A stretch of DNA of 64,000 bases from Paraspadella gotoi (lineage: Eukaryota; Animalia; Chaetognatha): positions 11,428,200 through 11,492,199 of the forward strand of contig CM119268.1 of NCBI GenBank assembly GCA_051294375.1, read 5' to 3'. Under the pieces are notes generated by a model that searched no databases, was not told the origin of the DNA, and saw only the letters and a list, made by a program, of their open reading frames with translations. Positions 1-22,596 of this stretch are shown here, piece by piece. The position numbers were made by a program, and so were the translations under genes. Each line of letters starts with the position of its first letter. Positions within the stretch are counted from its first letter, which is position 1.

Positions 1-237
1 AGAGCAGACGAAAAGAAAAACTGCCCATTCCATCTTCGTCCTCAGCCCCCAGTTTTTGAGCATCACCGGAACGAATGGCGCAAGGGTGAGGAGTTGGCCG
101 AGGGCGATCAGCGCCACCGCTTGTGACGGTCGGAGTTCGTACGTCCCGCGCATGAGGTTCGTGTTGAGGCCGTCCATGATTTTGGAGCAAAAGTAGAGGA
201 GGAATCCCCAGAAAACGTGGAACCGAGACGAATCCAT
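1..237 (-). CDS. Partial 5' coding region of a hydrophobic membrane protein (possibly DMT/EamA/SLC35-like), running off the window start
   Basis: ATG at 237 opens a stop-free frame to position 1: MDSSRFHVFWGFLLYFCSKIMDGLNTNLMRGTYELRPSQAVALIALGQLLTLAPFVPVMLKNWGLRTKMEWAVFLFVCS. It is GC-rich like other exons and has hydrophobic segments. The family guess is weak. Confidence 0.45.
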   Translation of the reverse strand, partial: MDSSRFHVFWGFLLYFCSKIMDGLNTNLMRGTYELRPSQAVALIALGQLLTLAPFVPVMLKNWGLRTKMEWAVFLFVCS

Positions 238-579
238 TCATGGCGAGTTAATGAAAAGTTTTTTTCGTTTGCATTCTAAAAATTTGTTGTTCTTTTCACT
301 TAGCTATAATCACAGAAGAATCATCGGTGCTCGATTAAAATCACATCGTATTCGGATCTAGTTTTATAATTCAGAATGAAATGTTTCACATTTCACAATG
401 TTTAATGATTGATCATTTCTCGCGTTGTTGGAGAGTTTAGTCGAAACGGATTGATGATTATTTGAGTAATGAACGTAACGTTGAATTGATGTTATGTTTT
501 TGGTATTTAATCTATTATTTTTTTTTTTGAAATAAAAGAAACGATTTGACAGTTAAAACGATAAAAAGATGAAACGATA

Positions 580-643
580 AATCTATTAATCTATTAATAT
601 ATTAATCTATTAATCTATTAATCTATTAATCTATTAATCTATC
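580..643. repeat. (AATCTATT)n tandem repeat
   Basis: About 7-8 near-perfect 8-bp units read directly. Confidence 0.9.
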
Positions 644-890
644 AAGAGTCTCTTGCGATCGTCTTCATAGTCCAGTACGTAAATTTCCACGAAAATTTTT
701 TTCGTCTTGCGGATTCGATTAATTCGGCAAGTTACAAAATTAAGATGATAAAGCACGGGTGAGTTTTGGCTTCTAACTGATTGTTAAATGAGCCGCTCAG
801 CCTCTTCGTTCAAAATTATTGAAAATTCTTTTCTACCTTGAACCTGATCTTGAAAGGAGTCTTGAAGGGCGCTGACCGGTTTTTAAATTC

Positions 891-902
891 CTCTCTCTCT
901 CT

Positions 903-977
<75 letters not shown>
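891..977. repeat. (CT/GA)n microsatellite; representative of many in the window (e.g. 10067-10108, 15955-16066, 20719-20772, 33831-33920, 35151-35265, 42707-42794, 46654-46763, 47648-47762, 51477-51634, 53082-53206)
   Basis: Dinucleotide runs read directly; they produce the spurious poly-RE and poly-LS ORFs in the ORF track. Confidence 0.95.
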
Positions 978-1863
978 TCTAGTGTACGCAATTACTAACA
1001 TGCTAAAAGGTTCACATTTTTATTTCTAACAACAAATCAATCCATCTTCAACGAGATATTTCTCATCTACTCTTTACTATAGCGTTAAAAAATTGTATCA
1101 ATGATTTTCACTCCTGTTTTGATGTTTAGGAAATTTTAAAAAGTTTTTTTTTCTGTCGAACGATTATCCCCGACGTTCCTTCTTTTCATTATCTTTCAAT
1201 TCTTTCTACTTTTATGTCTTATTTTTCTTAGAAAACCTGAATAAGACGTCGTATTGAGAACCACAAGGTTCTCAGAAACCTCTTCTCTTCTTTAGTAGCC
1301 GTATTCGGGTTTCAAGAAACAAATAGAAACACATTTTAATTAACTGGACTTTCGAAAGGTCTCAAGTAAAGTAAAAGTATTAATATTGTATTTGCTCAGC
1401 GTGCTATTTTTAATGTGTTTTTTAAGCAATTTGCCATGTTGCCTCCTTTTCAGACATTTTCAATTTTTGAAGTTTCATCGGCATTTTCAGATGTAAAATA
1501 TAAGAAAAAAACATTTTAATAATTTCTCCATAAAAATTGAAGGAATACTTGGATAATCTGATATAATATAATAACATGATAAAATAGGCAAAAACACGGC
1601 ACAGTCCAAAAAAGCCTTGATTTTTTTACTACAGCTGAGGTTGAAAACAAAAGGCAACCTCCTAAGTTGACTGTAAAATATTGAATGAATCATTGGCTGG
1701 AGGTTTAAAAGAACGAAACCAAATCCGCCCGAACCCGAGCTTTCTGTCAAATCTCCAGTGATATCAAAACTGAAAACGTATCATCACGGCTACTCCTTCC
1801 TCACCTTGCGAGTTCAGCAGAGTATAAACTTATCTCTAGTATCTCGACTGTGACCAATATGCT

Positions 1864-4485
1864 TTGGTACCCAAGTCACTTTCACGGAAAAAAACTACCA
1901 GTTGCTTTGGCGGGAAAAAAGCGCGTGACGAAGTCCTCGACGCCATCTCGAGGAGAAACTGGGACGAATTCTTAGAGATTTTGTTCGCTGACAATGACGA
2001 TGATAACGTTGGAAGGAATGTTGTTGAGAAACAAGCTGGACAATTACTCTAGCGTCATCAACGATAGTTCCGCCGCAACCAGAAGATGGTGACGGTATTG
2101 ACGATAGTGGTATGATAGTTTTGAAGAGACTGTAATGATTGTTATGTGTTAGTGAGTAGTGACAGAACCGTTCAATATAAGCAGTCCCTGTGCTTCGGAT
2201 AAGGTTGTTACACAGTGTTACAGGCGGGTTCAGCGCCCCGTCCCTCTTAACCGCTAGGTGACCACCGGGCTAGAACCCAGGACCTTTCGGTTGGCAAGCG
2301 AATGATTTGCCTCAGGCACCAAAGGCCGCTGATGAACGGTTGATGGATTTTAGTCCACCATATTTTGTTTAAAGTCATCAATTTCGTGTCGTAAATCTAA
2401 TCTCAAGAATGTTATTTTTATATTTCTTCTTATTTCTCTTCTTAATTTCCTTTCGACTCTTCGTTCCATTCTCCACTCATTTTCTTCAGCTCCCCTCTCT
2501 CTTCTCCACACGCCCCTTCATCTTCTCGTCCTCAACGACGCTCCACTTCCGGTCGTTCGCCGCGTCGTCTCCGCCGGCGCCTGGCGCTCGCTGCGCTCCC
2601 GCTGCTTCTCCTGCGCATCCGCCGGCGCGCTGCTCTGCGATCACGGAGAGACGCCGGCGGAAATGGCGAGGAGGCTGGGGAAGGAAGAGATGGAGAGGGT
2701 GTTGACGGTGGACTGCGGGGTGGACGATGAGGTTGGTGGAAAGGTGGGGCGGTTGAAAATATTTAAAATTTCATTATTTTAATATTGTAAAGTCTAGTTG
2801 CACTGCACTCTTTCGCATATAATGTAATAATGACTTTAAAATTCGTAGTACGGTATTCGAACCTTTTTGGTCCCAGATCATCGCCGCGATGGAGAAGTCT
2901 CTCTTCGAAATTGCCAAACGAGAAACGATCGGTCGTGACGGAGTTCCACTCGTAGAAAAATACAAACAGAGCCCGCCTCAGGTCACAGTGGACAACGGCA
3001 AAGATAAAAAACCTCGATAAGAAATAATAACATATAATGCTTATAATTAAAATTACGCCAATGGCTCGATATGGTGAATTTCTTTGTCTTACTTTCCTTA
3101 CCTTGGCGAGAATTCGTTTTCTAGATCCGACCTCTCTTCGAATCTCTCTCGCCCTTCGTTGACACGTCTGACAATTCGCCCACCTCCATCATCCNNNNNN
3201 NNNNNNNNNNNNNNNNNNNNNNNNNNNNNNNNNNNNNNNNNNNNNNNNNNNNNNNNNNNNNNNNNNNNNNNNNNNNNNNNNNNNNNNNNNNNNNNNNNNN
3301 NNNNNNNNNNNNNNNNNNNNNNNNNNNNNNNNNNNNNNNNNNNNNNNNNNNNNNNNNNNNNNNNNNNNNNNNNNNNNNNNNNNNNNNNNNNNNNNNNNNN
3401 NNNNNNNNNNNNNNNNNNNNNNNNNNNNNNNNNNNNNNNNNNNNNNNNNNNNNNNNNNNNNNNNNNNNNNNNNNNNNNNNNNNNNNNNNNNNNNNNNNNN
3501 NNNNNNNNNNNNNNNNNNNNNNNNNNNNNNNNNNNNNNNNNNNNNNNNNNNNNNNNNNNNNNNNNNNNNNNNNNNNNNNNNNNNNNNNNNNNNNNNNNNN
3601 NNNNNNNNNNNNNNNNNNNNNNNNNNNNNNNNNNNNNNNNNNNNNNNNNNNNNNNNNNNNNNNNNNNNNNNNNNNNNNNNNNNNNNNNNNNNNNNNNNNN
3701 NNNNNNNNNNNNNNNNNNNNNNNNNNNNNNNNNNNNNNNNNNNNNNNNNNNNNNNNNNNNNNNNNNNNNNNNNNNNNNNNNNNNNNNNNNNNNNNNNNNN
3801 NNNNNNNNNNNNNNNNNNNNNNNNNNNNNNNNNNNNNNNNNNNNNNNNNNNNNNNNNNNNNNNNNNNNNNNNNNNNNNNNNNNNNNNNNNNNNNNNNNNN
3901 NNNNNNNNNNNNNNNNNNNNNNNNNNNNNNNNNNNNNNNNNNNNNNNNNNNNNNNNNNNNNNNNNNNNNNNNNNNNNNNNNNNNNNNNNNNNNNNNNNNN
4001 NNNNNNNNNNNNNNNNNNNNNNNNNNNNNNNNNNNNNNNNNNNNNNNNNNNNNNNNNNNNNNNNNNNNNNNNNNNNNNNNNNNNNNNNNNNNNNNNNNNN
4101 NNNNNNNNNNNNNNNNNNNNNTTACAATGATCAAACATGACATTAAGACCGTCGAAAATCTAATTAGAAACCAGCAGTTGAAAATTTTGCAGTTTTTAAA
4201 TATACTGCACTATGTAAATTAGAAGTAACTTCCTCCGTTACACGCCGTGTCAAGAAACCCCATATAACAACGTTTGTTAATTTGTAATTTTCTTTCCAGG
4301 TGGAAGGTCTCTTGGGGGGTGTCAACGTGACCCTCCATCGACTACCCCTTCGACTCAGAGTCGACACCTTCTGTCGAGTCTTTGGCGGATCCGAGCGAAG
4401 ATTCGTCGTCGCCGCCGACGGAAGCGTCGAGGAGATTTTCCTCTTGGACAGGGTCTACAAGGCCTTGCGGTACAAGAGTTCGTGA
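1864..4485 (+). CDS. Small ankyrin-repeat-like protein, multi-exon (about 1864-2094, 2490-2731/2743, 2877-2981, 3125-gap, 4300-4485); first exon has apparent frameshifts
   Basis: Spliced translation: ...ARDEVLDAISRRNWDEFLEIL... / PLSLLHTPLHLLVLNDAPLPVVRRVVSAGAWRSLRSR...HGETPAEMARRLGKEEMERVL (TPLH...GETP ankyrin-like) / IIAAMEKSLFEIAKRETIGRDGVPLVEKYKQSPPQ / IRPLFESLSPFVD... / VEGLLGGVNVTLHRLPLRLRVDTFCRVFGGSERRFVVAADGSVEEIF...*. Exons have pyrimidine-AG acceptors and phase-compatible GT donors. Confidence 0.6.
2166..2341 (-). mobile_element. tRNA-derived SINE-like element in an intron
   Basis: Minus strand 2327-2259 reads GGCCTT-TGGTGCCTGAGG (A-box-like)...TTCGCTTGCCAACCGAA (anticodon-arm-like, GCC)...GGGTTCTAGCCC (B-box-like)...GGTCA, followed by a non-tRNA body. 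The acceptor stem is imperfect. A degenerate relative appears near 47305-47340. Confidence 0.55.
3195..4121. other. Assembly gap (N run); other gaps at 6429-6537 and 63123-63132
   Basis: Runs of N. Confidence 1.
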
Positions 4486-6555
4486 TTTCCTTTTTTATAA
4501 TTATTATTTTGGGTATTTGTCTGATCGCTTGACTCCCGTTGCATGCTGAGTCAGTATTGCTGACCATATATTTTAATAACATTGCTTTTTTCTTTTTTTA
4601 TTTCGCAATGCCGTTTTGCACAATAAAAATATTTTGAATTAATGATTTAATTTTTTTTCTTTAATTTGGTTAACAATTGGAACTTAATTGATTTTCTCGG
4701 CGCCGTTATGCCCCTCCTGTGTTGATAATTGATTTAAAAAGCAATCAAGGCCCCGAAGAACATTTCACATTCAGCATCAATAAAAAAAAAAGAGCATTTT
4801 AATTACTTTGTTATAGTTGAGTTATTAGAGCCCCTGAACCAGGATCAACGATCCATATACTCTTAACGTCGGTCAAAGATAATAAGCTAATTTCGTCACG
4901 TCATGACCAGAAAAAAAATACCACGAAAGTTTATCCCACAGTCTTCTCTCGCTCTCTCTCTCTCTCCTCTCTTCTCTTCTCTTCTCTCTCTCTCGTTCTC
5001 TCCAGTTTAGATCACGCGCGATTCGTGTCCAAACAATATTTTTCAATCGTTTAAAAAACAGAAACAATAGCTTCAGTTTTCATGGGAGAAAGTTTTTGTA
5101 AATATGGTCATTTCAACAAAAACGAATTAATAGAGAAGCATCACGCCGGGCGTGGATCTGAGTTTTTTTTATTTATGGAAGTTTCTGTCATCTCGCTTTT
5201 TTTATTTTAGTCTGAACCGTTGATGAACTTTTTTACGTTTTCAATGTATTTTACGGAATCTCGCGACAGCGAAAAGGCTCAATGTAAATGTACTGCTATA
5301 TACAAAAGAAAAAACGCGTAAGGAAATTTAGTTTCATCTTCGGTTTGTACAAAAAGAAGTGGAGTTTTCTTTCGTCTCTTCGATTTTTTGTGGGGCCGAC
5401 GAGGCCTGTGTATGATCGGGTAAGCATTTTTTTAAAAGAAAATAAACAAAACGTACTTGCAAGTTTAATTCAGAAATTCACACAAACAAAAACAAAACAA
5501 ACAACAAAGAAACAACAGCAGCAATGCCGTTATTTTAGCCAACCAACGCGAAAAGAAAAAGGAGCCGACGCTCTAATTATAGCTTTAGAAGCTTAATTAA
5601 GCGAAAACCTAAAAAATGTATCATGATTAATGCGTATTCGTATATTATATATTTTATATCTTTCTCGTCTTTAACTTTGATCAGGTAACTTAAAGTAGAA
5701 ATACGAAAGTATCTCTCTTTCTGCGCTATTAAGAAGGAATTAAGCTAGAAATTCTCCTACTCACATTGTGCAGTTCACAATATAATTGAGCTTCGTCTTA
5801 GCTGGCCATCTGTCATCTTTTTCTGGTGATTTATTTTTTATTAAAGCATATTGAATTCAGTATTCTTTTTTCTAGTCAATTTTATTTTCGTTTTGGCTTG
5901 ATTCCTGTGAAGCCCGTAAAATGCACCTATCGGCAATAACGCTTTATGCCGCGCGCAGCTTGCTCAAACCAATCAAATAGACTTTCGCATCCGCCAAATG
6001 TCAGAATTTGAGAAAATTTCTCGACTTGCGACATTTTAGATGCTTTCTATCCGAATAACGTTAAGACACCAGCGAAGCTATGGTGTCCAATCTAATTGCC
6101 GTTTTTTTTCGAGGACCCCAATCACGGAGCAAAGATTTTCAAGTCAGGCCAATTCAAACGTCATTTCCAGTTCCATCGTGGTGAACTGTTGACGAAAGCA
6201 TGGTTTCTTTTACGTATCTGCAAAGAAAAACGACTATGAATAATTACTGCTTGATATAACGTTTTAGTACAGTTCGTTTTTTAAAATACTACGAAAAATT
6301 TGTCGCATACGTTCATAAAAAGAGCGATACACGGTGGTAAACCTGTGCTTAAATAATTTTCAATTCTTGTTTTCGATCGCTTGCTTAGGCAAAGCAACGG
6401 CACTACAAGTTCTAGTTTATCAATTGAGNNNNNNNNNNNNNNNNNNNNNNNNNNNNNNNNNNNNNNNNNNNNNNNNNNNNNNNNNNNNNNNNNNNNNNNN
6501 NNNNNNNNNNNNNNNNNNNNNNNNNNNNNNNNNNNNNACTCTAGATCAGCATTAG

Positions 6556-18653
<12,098 letters not shown>

Positions 18654-20713
18654 TTCCACGGTCGGGCGAGGCCGAAGTTCTTTTCAAAACACCGGTCTCA
18701 CGAGAGACTCATACGTAGTTATAAAGGGATTAAAGAAGTAAACGGAATCCAGAAATCTACATTTTTTTGGCTATTTTTCGTTATTATGGTGAAGGCTTTG
18801 TTCCTAATGTCGTAGATTGTTTCGATTATTATATATAGTTTCCCGGGGTTTATGTTTATCTTCATACCTTAAATATTATTACCTTGATATACATTAAATT
18901 AATGTAATTGCATTTTTTCGATATGTATCAAATATCCCCTGCATGAACTTACAAAATTGCAAAATTGCCTTTTTTTTCTTTTTGCGATTTATCTCTTAGA
19001 CATAGTTTACCTCTGGTTTTAGTGATTAATCAACAAATTGTCAAATGTCTGATGTGATGGTAGATTTTAGTCATGCAGTTGAAGTATAACAAATTGTCAA
19101 ATTATAAATTGTTGTGGCCTAATCTATGTATGTTATTATTTGGCTTGCCTCAGGTATATTAGTACCTTAATTTTTTTATTTACCATTATTGAACAAAAGC
19201 GTTGACATACTCATTGGCGGGAATTGTCTCAACAACTTTATTAAAATAGTTAATGATGTCTAACTGCCCATTTAATTGCCTTCATTTTGTGCCAAAATAA
19301 AAACTTCCGCTATTTATTATGTTTTTGTTTTTACTTCGAGAAAAAATTTATAAATCGTCTGAACTTAAAAAGATTTTTAGTTTTTACATCTTCTATAACA
19401 AAACAAGGAAGATTTATATGAAAGTAAGGGACAGTCAGACAGATTGTGTCTATTCATTAATACGCAAAGAAAACGTACTCCGGGCTTCATTTTTTTACAC
19501 ATATATTTAAAATTGTATAAACAGGGAGGTCCAACTCTTTAGGGACTAAATGAAAAAATTCGTTTGGATGGGTAAATAAACGAATTATGATTTGAAAATT
19601 AGTACATGTAAAAAATTTTAATGACAACACAATCTATTAAAAAAATTCATCTTCGTCAACCATGACCTTCTTCAAGTGTTTAGAGAAAGCGGCATATTTT
19701 CTCTCTTATTAGGAACATACGCGAAAAAATATGACATGCTATGCAAAAAGTATTAATGACAGGAGTTGCCGCAACATTTTTCAATCTGTCCGACTGTCCC
19801 CTACATTCTTCGGTCCTTGAAATTAGAATACCGATACATTTTAAAACGTTTAAATTTATGTCTATTAAATTATTAATACTTCAGTTCACCTCCTGCTTTG
19901 TTACGGTCCAACGATTCCCCTTCACAACCATCTCTGATCTCCCTCGCACTTCAGCTGTTCCCCATTTTTCTTTTATTTTTCCTCAAACTTTGTATTTTGG
20001 GATAAATTACTTTCAAAATCTTAGTTGAAGAGAAAAGTGTTTTAAACCTCGATAAGACCCGCTCTTGGAGTTTGACGTAAATTTGATAGTTTTTTCTTTT
20101 TCGTCGTCAAAACATCATTTTTTTACCAAGAATTAAAACAATGTTTTCCTGCTTTTGATTACATCCATAGTTCAATTTTTCGTTACAGTCACTGACATTT
20201 TATTGAAATGGGGGGGACCCTTCAATGCAAAACAAACCAATTCCCAAAGAATGATTTTTGTGAAAAGAAATTAAAGCCTGTAACCGCGAAGCCCACATTT
20301 TTCTTTCTCCTTTCTTCATTAGATTTATTTGTGGGGGATTCACTTAAAAGTTAAACTTAAATCCAAATTCTGATGTGTCAGCATCCGAGAGTAAAATTAA
20401 AAATAAAAAAAAGTTTAAAGGTCCTCTTAATAATCTTTTGTTGATATTTAAACTATATAGGCTATTTCTAGAAATACCCTGATTCGATTCAGCTGAAATT
20501 TTTGCAAGTACGAGATTTTTTAAGTGTCCTAAAATTTTAACATGTGGTGAGTGGTCAAATATTTTTCTCATTAATTCGACGGCTCTCGTTCAGATTTCTC
20601 GCTGTCTCTTTTCTCTTTGTTTGCGCCTTTTAACTCTCGGTCTTTTTGGGCCACATGTCTGATGGACTCTCGACCGAATTGATATGCAAAAGTTTCAGCC
20701 GCCAGTTGCAAAC

Positions 20714-20777
<64 letters not shown>

Positions 20778-21023
20778 ATTTTTCTCTTTCTCTCTCGTCT
20801 CGAATCTCGACTTGTGTGACTCAAGTCATACCGTTTTTTACGACTTGTAGAGAGACGTGAACGCTTCTTCCGAAATAAAGAGCCCTCATTTTTCTTTTCT
20901 ACCACGTTTACGAAAAAAAAGTGGCGTTACAATTTATTTTTCTTATATATAATTATAACTCTATAGTAATAATTTCTATCTTGTTGGCCGTCAACAACTG
21001 AAACCAGTGGTTGCGCCAATACA

Positions 21024-21164
21024 TGTAAATCACTGTTATGATTCTTTCTTTTTCGTTGTGTTTATGAATTTAAGATGCTGATGAAGACTCTCAACTACAG
21101 AGTCGAAACATGTCCTTTGAAATAAAAAATTCGTTGTTGAACTTTAAAAAATCTGTAAATCACT
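21024..21164 (+). mobile_element. ~120-bp hammerhead-bearing retroposon insertion (Penelope pLTR- or retrozyme-like) with an 11-bp TSD
   Basis: TGTAAATCACT at 21024-21034 and 21154-21164 flanks insert 21035-21153, which holds a hammerhead core and AATAAA (21121-21126). A related insertion-free copy of the flanks is at 31425-31500. Confidence 0.8.
21070..21120 (+). ncRNA. Minimal type I hammerhead ribozyme
   Basis: CTGATGA (21078-21084), an extra A, helix II GACTCT/AGAGTC with a 7-nt loop, GAAA (21105-21108), palindromic ACATGT helix III, GTC cleavage triplet ending at 21114. Helix I is weak and bulged. Confidence 0.8.
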
Positions 21165-21639
21165 TAAACTGAACTGTTACTGTGGCACTAATATAATTTT
21201 GGTACTTGTAAAAATATTTTATAAATCAAAACAATATTATTTTTGATTTAAAGTATTATATGTGATTAAAATGCTTTTATTAAAACATAGAATAAGAAAT
21301 AGAATAAAATAAAATATAATAAAAAATATTTATTAAAAAATATAAAAAATAATTTTTAAAATATTTAAGATAAAAAAATTTACAAAAATAATTGCTATTA
21401 AGATTAAAACACGTAAAAATTTACTATTTTGTGTAAAACAATTAATACAAGTGAAGATTTAGTAGGTGCAGACAAAAAAACAATTTTTTTTAAAAGTAAA
21501 AAAAATGCTCATTATTTTTTTGCTGCCTATTGATATGTAATTAATGAATTTTTAAATCCTTTTAAAATTTTTTTAGCATAACAGTATAGTAAATTCAATT
21601 ATTTATATAGTAATATCCTATAAAAATATTACATTTCAA

Positions 21640-21790
21640 AAATATTTATTTTATTTTTAAAAACAGATTTTGGATTTGCCGTAAAAAACTAAAAAACTTT
21701 TATAAAATATGTTAAATATATTTTAATGTTTGGATCACAAAAAATGATTAAAACGTTTTAATATATTTAAGTTTTTACAACAGAAAATAA
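21640..21790. repeat. AT-rich dispersed repeat with inverted partial copies at ~26630-26690 and ~27050-27110
   Basis: aaaacagattttggatttgccgtaaaaaact and tttggatcacaaaaaatgattaaaacgtttta match reverse complements in PDCL3 intron 2. Confidence 0.6.
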
Positions 21791-22596
21791 AAAAGTTAAA
21801 AATTTTTATTTTTTTTCCTATTTTAAATGGTGAAGATGATAGAATTTTGAATAATATATTTTATATTTTTAATTCAACTCTTTATAAATCTTTATTAAAA
21901 GTTTTAAAAAAATTTATTTTAAAAATTTATTTTTATAAAAAATATTATTACAAATATATTATATTTTCTTATTCTGTTCCCGAGAAAATATGAACAAAAT
22001 ATTTTTATACTAGTTCACATACTATCTTTCAATCTATAATTCTTGTTCGATCATTCAAATAAATTTTTTGTTCTTGAGTGCTCCGCTCTACTCTAATGCT
22101 CATAGTAGAGAAAGTAAGAAATAAATCCCAGTAGGAGAGAAGTAAAGTTAAGTAACCGGTAAAAAAATTGAAAAAAAAAAAGAAAATATTACGTATAGAA
22201 AAAATTGTACAATTTCGGGGGGTAAGTAAATCACTAAAGTGATTTACAATAACGTAGTAAAAGATTACAGTATAGTAAACATAACGAAATTAAATGAAAT
22301 CTGAAGTTGTTTAAAATTCATAAGCTTTTTAAAATTAGTGCAAACCTCGGAACGAAATAGGTAATTTAATATACAATTATAAATAATGGTATAATTACTG
22401 ATTAGCAACGATAACAAAAATAACTTTTGTGCATTTGTTGAATTAGCGCCCACAGCGAACGGCGGATTTCATGCAAAGCCTTTTAACGTTTTTAAAAATT
22501 CCCTTGCCTTTTTTCAAATTACATATATATATAAGTATATATATGTATATATACACCTGTTTTCATCTTTAGAATTTCGGTATCTTTATTAATACG

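Noticed and set aside
816-1029. Poly-RE / poly-LS ORFs here and across the window
   Set aside because: Translations of (GA/CT)n microsatellites; not genes.
3084-4143. Three ~340-aa ORFs
   Set aside because: Almost entirely N gap translated as X.
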